From Planctomycetota bacterium (lineage in GTDB: Bacteria; Planctomycetota; MHYJ01; WSZJ01), in NCBI GenBank assembly GCA_038060895.1, contig JBBTCT010000011.1, forward strand, positions 57,919 through 121,918: DNA of 64,000 nt. Reading direction: 5' to 3'. Numbering within the stretch: position 1 is the first letter of the stretch; each line of letters opens with the position of its first letter. The position numbers and the translations under genes are program-made. Of the stretch, positions 17,996 to 28,444 are shown piece by piece. The notes beneath the pieces were generated by a model, which was given only the letters and a program-made list of their open reading frames with translations, did no database searches and was not told where the DNA came from.

Positions 17996-19365
17996 TACAG
18001 CAGCGACAGCAGCAGGGCGAGCGCGAGAAGCGCGAACAGGCCGGCGATCCAGAGGATCCGGGGGTCCTTGAGAAGCATGGCCAGCGGCTTGACATCCGGG
18101 ACATCGTCCGGAGCGACGTTGGCCACCGCGGCCGCAACGGGCGAAGGCGCCGTGAGAACGGCGACGGCGGGACGAATCGACCCTTCAGCCGGATTCGGCA
18201 GCGCGTCCACCGACGCATCCATGCGCGTCGAGGGTGTGACGGACGTCCCGTTCCGCGGCGGTGAGGGCGCGTCCAGCGCGGACGGCCGGATCCCGGATCC
18301 TGCGGATTCGCCGACCTGCGGACGGATCCCCGAGCCAGGCTTCGCGGCGCCGGCTGTTCCCCCCGGAACCGGGCGCGAGATCCCGGGCCGAACCACCGAC
18401 ATGAACCCCTCGCGCAGCTCCTCCACCGACTGGTACCGCATTTTCGGAAACGCCGCCGTCGCCCGCTTGACCACCGCATCCAGCGGTTTCCCGAGCGGGT
18501 TGAGTTCGCCGGGAAGCGTGTGCCCGCAGTACACCTCGTTGCAGACCATCTCCTGCAGCATCATCCCCAGCGCAAAAATGTCCGTCCGCTCGTCCGTCGG
18601 CTCCCCTTTCTTCTGCTCAGGCGCCATGTACGCCTCGGTCCCCAGCAGCTTTCGCTTCGATTTCAGCTGCACCGACGTCGAGAGAATCCGGTCGAGCTTC
18701 TTCTCCTCCCGCCCCAGCCCGAAGTCCACGATGCGCGCGACCTGGTCCGCGATGAGCACGTTGTGGGGCTTCAGGTCGGCATGCACCACCGGCGGCGACT
18801 GCGCGTGCGCGTACGTCACGCCGTCGAGCACCTGCAGAAAAATCTTTTCGATGAACGCGAGCGGGAAAAACTCCCCCGCCGTCCGGTTGCGCTTCACGAG
18901 CGAATAAAGCGAAGTCCCGTCCACGTACTCGAGAACGATGTGGGGCGGAAGCGCCTTGAGGTTGATGTCGATGGTGCGGACGATGTTCGGGTGGTTCAGG
19001 CGGCGGAGCTGCATTCCTTCGTTGAGCAGCTCCCGCACAGCCCCCGTATCGTGCGGGATCTTGATCGCGACCGGGAGCCCCTGGTCCTTCCTGGCGCACC
19101 AGACCTGCGCGAACCCGCCGCGCCCGACCAGTTTCTCCAGGATGTATTCGCCGACCTCGTCCCCAGGCTCGAAGTCGTCCTTCATTTCGCTGGCGCCCGG
19201 CAGGTTGATCTCGATCCGAGGGGCTTCCAGCGGCCCCTTGCATTTGGGGCAATCCCCCAGCCGCCCCGCGTCTTCCTCGCGGAGCTTGATCTTCTGGTTG
19301 CAGGTGGGGCAGCGGAATCGAATCACGAGGGAGAGATGATAGGGGAAGCGGAGGGAGTTGCCCAA
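17995..19365 (-). CDS. Membrane-anchored Ser/Thr protein kinase with N-terminal Zn ribbon
   Basis: CPTC..CPKC; GRGGFAQV, VAIK, HADLKPHN, DFGLG, YMAPE; C-terminal TM; true start may be the GTG at ~19326. Confidence 0.9.
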   Translation of the reverse strand: MGNSLRFPYHLSLVIRFRCPTCNQKIKLREEDAGRLGDCPKCKGPLEAPRIEINLPGASEMKDDFEPGDEVGEYILEKLVGRGGFAQVWCARKDQGLPVAIKIPHDTGAVRELLNEGMQLRRLNHPNIVRTIDINLKALPPHIVLEYVDGTSLYSLVKRNRTAGEFFPLAFIEKIFLQVLDGVTYAHAQSPPVVHADLKPHNVLIADQVARIVDFGLGREEKKLDRILSTSVQLKSKRKLLGTEAYMAPEQKKGEPTDERTDIFALGMMLQEMVCNEVYCGHTLPGELNPLGKPLDAVVKRATAAFPKMRYQSVEELREGFMSVVRPGISRPVPGGTAGAAKPGSGIRPQVGESAGSGIRPSALDAPSPPRNGTSVTPSTRMDASVDALPNPAEGSIRPAVAVLTAPSPVAAAVANVAPDDVPDVKPLAMLLKDPRILWIAGLFALLALALLLSLL

Positions 19366-19459
19366 GGGTGATCGGGCAGTTTCCCTTGCCCTTGCCCTTG
19401 CCCACCGCCGTCACACCGAGCGCACGGAGCTCACGGAAACCCCGGAGCAAGACCCTTTG

Positions 19460-20659
19460 CTACTTCCACCCCGCCTCGACTCGCTTCCAGGCAACCGACC
19501 ACTCCTCCTTCGCCGACAACCTCCCCCGGACCAGCGCCCGCAGCGCTCCTTCCACCGCCTCCCGGACCACCCCATCCTCGTCCCTGAGACCATAAGCCAT
19601 CAGATGTTCCACCACACGCCGCTCGCGCACCCCTCCCAGCGCCCTTGCCGCCGCCGCCCGATTCGGCGCATCCCCCGTTTCGATCAACGCTGCCAGCAGC
19701 CACTCCGTCCGGGACCGGTCCCCGTTCGCCGCCCACCACGCCGTCCATTCCTTCCGCCCGCGCGGTCGCAGCCCCGTCGCCGCGGCCAGCGATCGCAGCG
19801 CTTCTTCTTCGACGACGCCAGCCGCCTCGCATTCCGCCAGTGCCGACACCGCTTCGCGATCCGGCACTGCAAGCGAGCGCGCCGCGGCGGCGCGAAGCGG
19901 GTTTGCAGGGTCGCGGTACGAGGTGATCCGCCAGTCAACGATGGTCCCCGGCGTCTTCGCCCATTCCCGCCACCCCGCGTCGTCCATGCGCCGGCACGCC
20001 AGGGCCTCGAGTCTCCCGCGCGCCGCCGCCCGCACCGGCTCGAACTCAGAGCCCAGCGCCTTGAAAAGCGGCGAAACGGATTCAGGCGCGTCGGGGAGCG
20101 CGCGCAAGGCGTCCGCCGCAGTGCGCGGCGTCGCGTCCCGCGCGAGAATTGCGGCGAGGAAGGCGAAACGGTCTCCCTTCGAGGCGGCGAACGCTTCCGC
20201 GAGAATCGCCGGATCGGCGCGGACGCCCGAAACGCGCTGCATGGCGGCGCCGGCGGCTTCGCGAACACCGGCCGCATCATGACGCAACGCGTCAACGAGG
20301 TGGGGCATTGCCTTGAAACCGCAGCGGCCCAGGGCACGCGTCGAGGCGCCCGCGATCCGCGAGTCCTGCGCGAGCGAGAGTTCTCCCAGCAGCACGAACT
20401 GGTCCTCGCGCGCGAACCCCCCGAGGGCCGAGATTGCGGCGACCCTCAGCTCGATTTCGCCCGCGCCCGCCGCCTCGCGCAGCGCGGGAATCCCGTCCTC
20501 CGCGCGCAGATCCCCGAGCTTCTCGATCGCTTCGATCCGCTCCGGAAGCGTCCCGGATCGAGCCTTCGCAATCAGCGCCTGGTTCCCGGGCTCGCCGCCC
20601 AGGGCCTGCGAAGCGAGCAACGCCGCAGCAATAATGGAATTGCGGAGCGAAGGGCCCAC
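19460..20659 (-). CDS. Secreted HEAT-repeat protein
   Basis: Signal peptide; R..AA.ALG repeats; three W..W caps. Confidence 0.75.
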   Translation of the reverse strand: MGPSLRNSIIAAALLASQALGGEPGNQALIAKARSGTLPERIEAIEKLGDLRAEDGIPALREAAGAGEIELRVAAISALGGFAREDQFVLLGELSLAQDSRIAGASTRALGRCGFKAMPHLVDALRHDAAGVREAAGAAMQRVSGVRADPAILAEAFAASKGDRFAFLAAILARDATPRTAADALRALPDAPESVSPLFKALGSEFEPVRAAARGRLEALACRRMDDAGWREWAKTPGTIVDWRITSYRDPANPLRAAAARSLAVPDREAVSALAECEAAGVVEEEALRSLAAATGLRPRGRKEWTAWWAANGDRSRTEWLLAALIETGDAPNRAAAARALGGVRERRVVEHLMAYGLRDEDGVVREAVEGALRALVRGRLSAKEEWSVAWKRVEAGWK

Positions 20660-20664
20660 GCCGG

Positions 20665-20877
20665 CTAGTTGTTGCTTTCGAGAACCGCCTCTGGAAACAG
20701 CAGCGCGCAGTGCATCGCCTCCAGTGCGTCGGACGTGTTCCCGTCGATCAACACCCTCGCGATCGATTCGAACTCGTACCCCTCGCGCATCATGTCGAAG
20801 ACGAAATCCACGGGAACCTGCGTCCCCCGGATGACCGCTTCTCCCGTGATCGCGTGCCTCGTGATCGACTGAAACAT
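20665..20877 (-). CDS. DUF433-family small protein (antitoxin-like HTH)
   Basis: GEAVIRGTQVPVDFVFDMMREGYEFESIA fits the DUF433 G.P.I.GTRI.V pattern; RBS AAAGGGG. Confidence 0.7.
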   Translation of the reverse strand: MFQSITRHAITGEAVIRGTQVPVDFVFDMMREGYEFESIARVLIDGNTSDALEAMHCALLFPEAVLESNN

Positions 20878-20974
20878 CGTGAGCCCCTTTCCGATGGTGT
20901 TCCGTGCCTGTCCGAAGGTGGTCCGTACATGTTTCGGCCGGGCGGCACGCGGGACTGGAGCGCTTATCAAAAAC

Positions 20975-21006
20975 AAAAACGGGACCGCGGTTTTCCGCGG
21001 CCCCGT
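20975..21006 (-). terminator. Intrinsic terminator of smc
   Basis: acggggccgcgg-aaaa-ccgcggtcccgt followed by a T run on the minus strand. Confidence 0.8.
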
Positions 21007-21022
21007 CTGGATCGATCCCTGC

Positions 21023-24000
21023 CTAAACCTGCGCGGGGGCCAGCGCCGTCTCCTGCCCCTTCTCGTCCACGACCTTCACGCTCACTTTCTTCGACACGCC
21101 GCGCTCCTGCATCGTGATCCCGTACATCGAGTTCACGCACGCCATCGTCTTCTTGTTGTGCGTGATCACGATGAACTGCGTGCCGGCGGAGAAGTCCTTC
21201 ACGAGGTCGTTGAAGCGGCCCACGTTGGCCTCGTCGAGGGGCGCATCGACCTCGTCGAGGACGCAGAACGGGGAGGGCTTGAGCATGAAGAGCGCCATGA
21301 TGAACGCGAGGACGGTGAGCGTCTTTTCGCCGCCGGAGAGCTGCGCGATCGTCGCCGGCTCTTTGCCCGGGGGCTTCGCGAGCAGGTCGATGCCGCACTC
21401 CAGGACGTCCTGCCCTTCCTCGGTGACGATCTCGGCCTTGCCGCCGCCGAACAGCTTGCGGAACACCTCGTTGAAATTGAGCCGCGTCTGTTCGAGGGTG
21501 GCAAGCAGCAGCTCGCGGCTTTCGCGGTTGATCTTGCGGATCAGCTCCTCGAGCTGGGCCTTGGACATCGTGAGGTCCTGTTCCTGGCCCTTGAGGTAGG
21601 TGAACTTCTCTTCCTTCTCCTTCAGTTCGTGGATCGCCTCCGGGTTGACGCCTCCCATGTTGTCCATCCGGCGCTTGAGCTCGTTGACCTCCGTCGTCAG
21701 CCCTTCTTCGGTCGCGTTCGGGTCGCGCGCCATGCCGTCGTTCGCCTGGCGCAGGTCGATCCCGAGGTCCTCCAGGTACCGCGCGACGAGCGTCTCCTCC
21801 TTGTTCTGGAGGTTGCCCTGCTCGAGCGTGAGCTGGTTAATTTTCTGTTCCGCCGCGCGAAGCTCCGTCTCGGCTTCGTTCTTCCGCGAAGCGGCCTCCC
21901 TTGCGGCCGCGACGGCGGCCTTGCGGGCTTCCTCCGCCGCCACCGCATCCCGCGCCGCTTCGTCGTAGATACGCTGGAGGTCCGAGAGCCTCGCGCGCCG
22001 TTCCTCGACCGCATCGAGCGCCGCCCGGTGCCGCTGGTCGCACTCCGCGATCCGCTTCTCCGCCTGCGCCGCCGCCGTCTCCGCCGCGTGGATCTGCTTC
22101 CCGAGGTCCGCCGCCTGCGCCGCCGCCTGGTCCCGCCGGCCTTGCGCCTCGGCGCGCGACACCCGAAGCGCCTCCAGCGCCTGCCGCGCCTCGTCGGCCG
22201 CAGCCGCTGCCGCGGCGGCCTTCTTCGCCAGGTCCGCCGCCTGCTCCTTCAATTGCGCTTCCAGCGCCTCCAGCTCCCCGATCAGGTCCGCCAGCCGCGC
22301 CGCGCGCTCCCCGAGACGAGCTTCCTGCTCCCGCGCGTCCGCATCCTCGCGCTCGCTCAGGTCGAGGTCCGCGCGAATCACGTTGAGCCGCGCCTGCACC
22401 CCTTCGGCCTCCTTCTTCCGCTCGATCGCGTCGTGCGAACGGTCGAGGACCTCGTTTCGAAGCGCCTGCGCGCGCGCGTCGAGTTCCGCTTCTTCGGCGA
22501 CCCGCGCCACGCGGGCCTTGCCCAGGTCTTCCGCCTCGACCGCAAGCTTCTGCGCTTCGACCGCCAGCGCCTTGGCTTCCGCCCTGCGCCGGATCAGGCC
22601 CGCGCGCGCTCCGCCGGCCACGACAAGCCCGTCCGGGTGCACGACGTCTCCATCGAGCGTCGCCGCGGGTGCGTCGAGCTCGCCGTCCGCGAGGAGTTGA
22701 AGAGCCTCGTCCCGTGTGGCGACGATCCGCGCGCCGCCGCAGAGAGCGATGACGAGCGGCCGGAACTCCGGCGCGCAGGTCGCGAAGTCCGCGAGCCGCC
22801 CGCGCGGGGATTTTTCAGGGAAGAGCTTGTTGACGAGTTCGGGCCCCGTGGGGACGGCAAACTGGGCGAAGAAATCCTCTTCGACCTCGACTTCGCCGGG
22901 CAGCCAACCAAAGGTGGCTCCGTAGAAATCGGGATTCAGGATGTCCGCGAGCGCGATCCAGTCCGCCGGCGCCGGCGCGCCATCTGCGGAAGCGAGGAAC
23001 TCTGCGCCGCACGCGCCCAGCGCATCCGCCTGCTGCACGATCCGGCTGCCGCGGAAACGGTCGAGCGCAAGCATCGCCACGCGGCCGTTCGCGAGCGAGA
23101 GCCCGGCGCGCATCGCCTCCACCGAATCGAACACCGCCGCCTGCGCGCGGTCCCCGAGGATCGCCTCGGCCGCGAGCGCGATCGACGGCTCGAACTCAAC
23201 GAGGTCCGCGACCAGCCCGCGGAACCCCGCGACGCCGTTCTTTCGCGCGGCCTCCAGCAGCCGCTTCGCCCCCGTGCCCACGCCTTCCATCTGGCGCTCG
23301 AGGTCCCGGTACGTCTCCAGCCGCGCCTGCGCCTTCGCCAGCGACTCGCGCTTCTCCGCCAGCGCGCGGGCCGCGTCCGCCGATGCGGCCTGCGACAATT
23401 TGTGGCGCGCCGCGACCCCCTCGTGCTCCCCCTTCAGCCGCGCAATGTCCGCGTCGATGCTGGACTTCTCCGTGAGGATCGCCGAGATCCGGCCGTCGAG
23501 CCCGGAGGCCTCGCCGCGCAGTTTTTCTGCCTTTTCGGAAGCGCGTGCCCTCTGCGCCCGCAGGCCTCCGCGGTTCGCCTCGATCCCGGCCGCCTCGTTG
23601 TGCGCCTGCGAACGCCGGTGCATCGCCTCGAGCGACTCGCGCTGCCGCGCCGCCCGCTCCCCTTCGACGTGCCGCACCGCCTCGGCCGCCGCCTTGCAGG
23701 CTTCCTCGCGCGCTTCGATCCCGCGAGCGATCTCCTTCAACCCCGCCTCGGCGGCCTCGAACGCCTCGATCGCCGCGCTCTCGCGCCGCGCCAGCTCCCG
23801 CGACTCCTCGCGCCGCGACTTCAGATCTTCGGCCGCGCGCGCGGCTTCTTCCTCGACGTGCTTTGCGAGGGAAGCGGCGTCCTCGATCGCCTTGCCGCAC
23901 GCCTCGACTTCCTTCGCTGCGCCTTCGCGGCGGCCGTGCGCCCCGGCAAACGCCGCGCGCGCTTCTTCTTCCGCATCCGCCGCATCGCGTGCGGCCTGTT

Positions 24001-24796
24001 CGAGGCCGCTGATTGTTTCCTCGACGCGGCCGCGGTCGGCGCGTGCGTCCTCGAGCCGCGCGGCGACGGCGTCGAACTGGGCGCGGAGGGAGTCGAAGCT
24101 GATGAGGGCGAGGAGCGTTTTCTTGCCGCGCCATTCCTCCTGGAACTGGACGAAGCGCTGGGCCTTGCCGGCCTGGATCTTGAGGGAGCGGATGTTGCTT
24201 TCCATCTCGCGGAGGGTGTCGCCGAGGCGGAGCAGGTCGTTGTCCACGCGCTCGAGGCGCGAGATGGATTCCTTTTTGCGGGCGCGGTAACGCGAGATGC
24301 CGGCGGCCTCGTCGAGAAGCGCGCGGCGGTCCTTGGGCGACGCTTCGAGCACGACGTTGATGCGTCCCTGCTCGATGATCGAGTACGCGTCGGTCCCGAC
24401 GCCGGTGTCGAGGAACATGTCGATGATGTCTTTGCGGCGCGCGGACTGCTTGTTGATGAGGTACTCGGACTCGCCGCTGCGGTAGAGGCGGCGGGTGACG
24501 GTGACTTCGCTGAATTCGGTCTGGAGCTTGCCGTCGGCATTTTCGAACGTCAGGGAGACCTCGGCGAAGCCGGAGGGCTGGCGGACGCCGGAGCCATTGA
24601 AGATGCAGTCGAGCATGTCGTCACCGCGGATCGACTTGGCGGAGAGGTCGCCGAGGACCCACTTGAGGGCGTCCACGACGTTGGACTTGCCGCAGCCGTT
24701 GGGGCCGATGATGCCGGTGACGCCGGGATCAAACGAAAAGTGGGTCTTGTCGGCGAAAGACTTGAAGCCCTGCATTTCGAGGCTTTTGAGCTGCAT
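21023..24796 (-). CDS. smc: Chromosome segregation protein SMC
   Basis: GFKSFA, GPNGCGKSN, IIEQG, coiled coils, hinge, LSGGEK, VLDEVDAPLD, ITH. Confidence 0.95.
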   Translation of the reverse strand: MQLKSLEMQGFKSFADKTHFSFDPGVTGIIGPNGCGKSNVVDALKWVLGDLSAKSIRGDDMLDCIFNGSGVRQPSGFAEVSLTFENADGKLQTEFSEVTVTRRLYRSGESEYLINKQSARRKDIIDMFLDTGVGTDAYSIIEQGRINVVLEASPKDRRALLDEAAGISRYRARKKESISRLERVDNDLLRLGDTLREMESNIRSLKIQAGKAQRFVQFQEEWRGKKTLLALISFDSLRAQFDAVAARLEDARADRGRVEETISGLEQAARDAADAEEEARAAFAGAHGRREGAAKEVEACGKAIEDAASLAKHVEEEAARAAEDLKSRREESRELARRESAAIEAFEAAEAGLKEIARGIEAREEACKAAAEAVRHVEGERAARQRESLEAMHRRSQAHNEAAGIEANRGGLRAQRARASEKAEKLRGEASGLDGRISAILTEKSSIDADIARLKGEHEGVAARHKLSQAASADAARALAEKRESLAKAQARLETYRDLERQMEGVGTGAKRLLEAARKNGVAGFRGLVADLVEFEPSIALAAEAILGDRAQAAVFDSVEAMRAGLSLANGRVAMLALDRFRGSRIVQQADALGACGAEFLASADGAPAPADWIALADILNPDFYGATFGWLPGEVEVEEDFFAQFAVPTGPELVNKLFPEKSPRGRLADFATCAPEFRPLVIALCGGARIVATRDEALQLLADGELDAPAATLDGDVVHPDGLVVAGGARAGLIRRRAEAKALAVEAQKLAVEAEDLGKARVARVAEEAELDARAQALRNEVLDRSHDAIERKKEAEGVQARLNVIRADLDLSEREDADAREQEARLGERAARLADLIGELEALEAQLKEQAADLAKKAAAAAAAADEARQALEALRVSRAEAQGRRDQAAAQAADLGKQIHAAETAAAQAEKRIAECDQRHRAALDAVEERRARLSDLQRIYDEAARDAVAAEEARKAAVAAAREAASRKNEAETELRAAEQKINQLTLEQGNLQNKEETLVARYLEDLGIDLRQANDGMARDPNATEEGLTTEVNELKRRMDNMGGVNPEAIHELKEKEEKFTYLKGQEQDLTMSKAQLEELIRKINRESRELLLATLEQTRLNFNEVFRKLFGGGKAEIVTEEGQDVLECGIDLLAKPPGKEPATIAQLSGGEKTLTVLAFIMALFMLKPSPFCVLDEVDAPLDEANVGRFNDLVKDFSAGTQFIVITHNKKTMACVNSMYGITMQERGVSKKVSVKVVDEKGQETALAPAQV

Positions 24797-25086
24797 GGCG
24801 CGAAGGTTTCCTCTCCGGGGGTGGGACGGAGTATGTTTACAATTTATAAAGTATAAATCACAACTGCAGCAAGTCAAGGGTCCTCGATCAAAAACCGGTG
24901 ACAAATCGCGCTGCCGAACCGCGAAACTGGTGCGCCGATCAGGAGTCCATAAGTCATTACAAGATAATGTTTTGTGGCGCGCCTGCGCCTGCGCGCCCAC
25001 CCGGGCGGGGGACGGAGATCGCGCTTCACCACGTCAGGGCGCGATTTGTCCGGAAATGCCCGAAAATCCGGGTTCTCTGAAACCCG

Positions 25087-25701
25087 TTATCGCTTCAGAA
25101 AGGTCATCTGCACAAACTCCTCCAGCGCCTCCACCCCGCCCGTGTCCCCGGCTGCCAGATCCTCATAGTCGCTGTCCGCATTCCGGATCCCGAACAGTGT
25201 TGCGAAGACCCGCATCGAGCTGCGCGCCATTCCCTTCCCCGCCTCAAAAAGCTTCTTGAAATGGTCCGCCGTTTCGTCCGAATACTCGCTCAACGCGTCT
25301 GGCTTCCCTTCCGAGACTCCGTCCAGATAGTTCGGGTCCGTCGCGTACTGGTCCACCTTCCGGCCGTCGTCCGTGAGGTTGTACCCCCAACTGCGGTCGC
25401 CCTGGGACCAGATCAGAAGCGCGGGCGCTTTCATCTCGGCCGAGATTCGCTGCACCAGGTCGAAGATATCGACGAAGTTCTCGTCGAATATCGAGACCCA
25501 GCCGTTGTTCGCCGGGCTGACCAGGAAGTGCCGGACCTTCGACCGCGTCGGGTCAACGGGAGCCCGGTCGCCCGGCCCTTCCGCAAGGACGACCGGATCG
25601 AATCCCGCACGCGCGAGCACCTCGGTGACCGCATCGAGCACCGCGCCCTGGTCGTCGGTCTTCACGTGGATGGCGTTCACAAAGTCGCGCACGACGTCCA
25701 T
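25087..25701 (-). CDS. Hypothetical cytoplasmic alpha/beta protein
   Basis: Good codon usage; GWVSIFDE ... SWGYNL..DG..VDQY motifs; family not recognised. Confidence 0.7.
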   Translation of the reverse strand: MDVVRDFVNAIHVKTDDQGAVLDAVTEVLARAGFDPVVLAEGPGDRAPVDPTRSKVRHFLVSPANNGWVSIFDENFVDIFDLVQRISAEMKAPALLIWSQGDRSWGYNLTDDGRKVDQYATDPNYLDGVSEGKPDALSEYSDETADHFKKLFEAGKGMARSSMRVFATLFGIRNADSDYEDLAAGDTGGVEALEEFVQMTFLKR

Positions 25702-25702
25702 C

Positions 25703-26764
25703 CTATCGCCGCGAAATCCGTGCGTCCATTCGACCAGCACCGCCCGCGTCCGCTTTCTCCGCCCGCAGGATCAGCTCTTCGCCCGAATCCGCCCCGATCC
25801 AGCGCCTCCCCTGCTCCCACGCCTGGAACGCCAGCCCCTTCCATCGAGGGCCGATGCCTTCTACGCCGGTGCGCCCCTCGCGCTCGATGGCCCGGCTCTG
25901 CGCCCACGCCAGCCGCGCGGCGCGGCCCGTAGTCCGAAGCTCCAGCACGCGGAGCCCCGCAGTCTCGGCAAAAATGCGCAGTGAGGCGCGCGTCAGCAGC
26001 ATGAAGTGCCGCGGCGGGTCCCAGTGAACCCACGCCGCGCCGAACCTGCGCCGGCCGAGCGAGCGGAGGTTCGGCGTCACGACGACAAGCTTCCCGCCCG
26101 GGGCAAGCCGCGCGGCCGCTTCACGCAGGAACGCCGCCGGATCCGGCACGTGCTCGATCACGTGGTGCGCGGTGAGGGCGTCGAAGGGCGTGTCGCGAAA
26201 CTCCGGGCCGTCCAGCGTGCCGACGTGCACCTCCAGACCGTGCACCTCGCGGGCGACCTTCGCGGCTTCCGCGTCCGGCTCGAGGCCCTGCACGACCCAT
26301 CCGAGCTCGCGCATCGCACGAATGAGGGTCCCGCTTCCGCACCCGACGTCGAGAAGACGCCCTCCTTGGCGCGCGGGGAGCCAGAGTGCCGAACCAGCGA
26401 TCACGTCCTTCAGGGCCGGAACGCACGCTGCGAGCGCGCCGAAGCCCACATTTCCGCCGGGGTAGCCCAGCGCGACCCGGAGGTAGCCGCGCCGGATTCG
26501 TTCGCGAAGAGAGCGCGGGTCGCGAGGAGGGACAGCGGCGTGAGTGTGGTAACCAGCATAGAGCCGAGGCACGTCCTCGGGTGCGGGCAGGGGGTCCAGC
26601 CAGGCGACGCCGCACGGGACGCACTCGCGGATAGACCAGGCACCGGGAGCGGAGTAGATCCGATCGCGCAGGCCCGTGAAGAGCGGATCGCGCCCCGCGC
26701 CGCAGAGCGGGCAGGCCGGTCGGGGCTCGCAACGGAGCCCTTCGTTTTCGGATGTGATTGCCAC
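25703..26764 (-). CDS. Class I SAM-dependent methyltransferase with N-terminal Zn ribbon
   Basis: CPLC..CVPC; LLDVGCGSG; HVIEHVPDP; WDPPRH. Confidence 0.85.
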   Translation of the reverse strand: MAITSENEGLRCEPRPACPLCGAGRDPLFTGLRDRIYSAPGAWSIRECVPCGVAWLDPLPAPEDVPRLYAGYHTHAAVPPRDPRSLRERIRRGYLRVALGYPGGNVGFGALAACVPALKDVIAGSALWLPARQGGRLLDVGCGSGTLIRAMRELGWVVQGLEPDAEAAKVAREVHGLEVHVGTLDGPEFRDTPFDALTAHHVIEHVPDPAAFLREAAARLAPGGKLVVVTPNLRSLGRRRFGAAWVHWDPPRHFMLLTRASLRIFAETAGLRVLELRTTGRAARLAWAQSRAIEREGRTGVEGIGPRWKGLAFQAWEQGRRWIGADSGEELILRAEKADAGGAGRMDARISRR

Positions 26765-26960
26765 GAAGAGATACAGGAAGTGTACAGGGGCTTTTCGAAT
26801 CGGCGTGAGCTCGCGGCGGCGCTTCCTTTCTTGAGATCACCGCAACTCATTACTGAATCATGTTTTGCGACAATTACGTGGCGTACAAAAGTTAGGGCAA
26901 ACAATTCGCGCCACAAAGCGTCTAAACCGGCACCTCATCTCTTCTTACGGAGTCCTCGAA

Positions 26961-28373
26961 ATGCCTTTTCCGCGCCTTTTCGCCGCGATCCTGATTGCCG
27001 CCGCCTCCGCGCTCCAGGCCGGCGCCCAAGGCAAAGCCACGCCCTTCATCGACGGTGAAAACGGGATCGCGATGATGCCTCCAGAAAAATGGAAGTGCAT
27101 CCCGACGCCGAAGGAGATGAAGTACAAGGAGTGGATGGCGGAGGAAAAACTCCGGATGGTTGCAAAGTGGTCTGCACCGCAGCCTGACGCCGACATGTTC
27201 CCCATGGACCTGGAGATCTACGAAATCAAGGACGCAAAAACTGTCGATGCCGCGTTGAAGTCGTACGTCGACGAGAAGATCACGAGGAGTTACTCGCAGA
27301 AGTTCGACATCAAGAAGACGCAGGACATCCTGATCCAGGGAAAGCACAAGGGGAAGTTCTTCCTCGCGGATCCGTCAAACCGCAATTTCGGTTACACGGT
27401 GGCGATCGTCTGCAACGGCGAAAAGTCGTTTGCGCTCGAGTTCACGGGCGGCCTGGCGCGCGCCGAAAAAGCGATGCCCGACCGGCTCAAGGTCGCCATG
27501 TCCTTCCAGTTCCTGTCGGAAAAGGACATCGAGAAAATCCGCAAGGCGGGGCCAAGACTGTTGCCGGGTTGGCAGGTCAACAAAACCGAGCACTATGACA
27601 TCCAGTACAACTGCGACAGGGACTTCGCCATCGTCGTAGGCAAACACCTCGAGGCCATCCTGCTCGAATACCAGAAGTTCTTCCCGCTCGATTCGTTCGG
27701 CGGCGGCCCTGTCCTGATCGAAGGAAAAGAGAACCAGCCCGCCAGCCAGAAAGTGACGCTGGAGCGCATGACCGTGAAGCTCTTCGGCAAGGACGAGGAA
27801 TTCCAGTCCTACGCCGCGGCCAACGGCGTCGGCGGCGCGGCGGCCTACTTCAGCCCGATGCAGAACGAACTGTGCGGGTACAAAACTGTCAGCCAGGGGA
27901 AGTCGCTGTCGATCCACATCATGTACCACGAAGCGATGCACCAGTACCTCCACGCGCTCTTCGGCGAAGAAGTCCGCATCCCGATCTGGCTCAACGAAGG
28001 CATGGCCGAGTATTTCTTCGGCGGAAACTTCAACGATGCCACCGGCCGCTTCACGATCGGCCTCAACAAGGAGCGCATCGACACGATCCGCCAGGCCTGC
28101 CGCGACGGCTCGTTCGTCCCGCTCGCCAAGCTCTTCAAGTACACCCAGGGCCAGTATTACGCCAACGCGGGGCTCTGCTACGCGCAGGGATGGTCGGTCG
28201 CCTATTTCATGTGGACCACCCCGGACCCGAAGTACAAGGGCGTGATCGAGGAATTCATGAAGAAGCTGAGGCAGACCAAGGATGCCGACGAGGCATTCAA
28301 GAGTTCTTTCGGGAAGCTCGACCAGGATCAACTGGAGCAGGACTGGAAGGACTACGTCATCAACAAAATGTAA
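26961..28373 (+). CDS. Secreted DUF1570/peptidase-MA-like zinc metallopeptidase
   Basis: Signal peptide; HEAMHQY + WLNEGMAEYF gluzincin motifs; YAQGWSVAYF. Confidence 0.8.
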   Translation: MPFPRLFAAILIAAASALQAGAQGKATPFIDGENGIAMMPPEKWKCIPTPKEMKYKEWMAEEKLRMVAKWSAPQPDADMFPMDLEIYEIKDAKTVDAALKSYVDEKITRSYSQKFDIKKTQDILIQGKHKGKFFLADPSNRNFGYTVAIVCNGEKSFALEFTGGLARAEKAMPDRLKVAMSFQFLSEKDIEKIRKAGPRLLPGWQVNKTEHYDIQYNCDRDFAIVVGKHLEAILLEYQKFFPLDSFGGGPVLIEGKENQPASQKVTLERMTVKLFGKDEEFQSYAAANGVGGAAAYFSPMQNELCGYKTVSQGKSLSIHIMYHEAMHQYLHALFGEEVRIPIWLNEGMAEYFFGGNFNDATGRFTIGLNKERIDTIRQACRDGSFVPLAKLFKYTQGQYYANAGLCYAQGWSVAYFMWTTPDPKYKGVIEEFMKKLRQTKDADEAFKSSFGKLDQDQLEQDWKDYVINKM

Positions 28374-28444
28374 CCCGGAGGGTGGTCGCAGGGCTGGAAC
28401 ACCTGCAAGGCCTGACTGGTGCGGTAAGTGGGTTGAAGCGAAAG

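Noticed and set aside
20879-24856. 1325-aa plus-strand ORF
   Set aside because: Antisense shadow of smc
26893-26932. c-di-GMP-I riboswitch-like words (GGCAAAC..CAAAGC..GTCTAA)
   Set aside because: Spacing is too compressed and the P2 stem/GNRA tetraloop is absent
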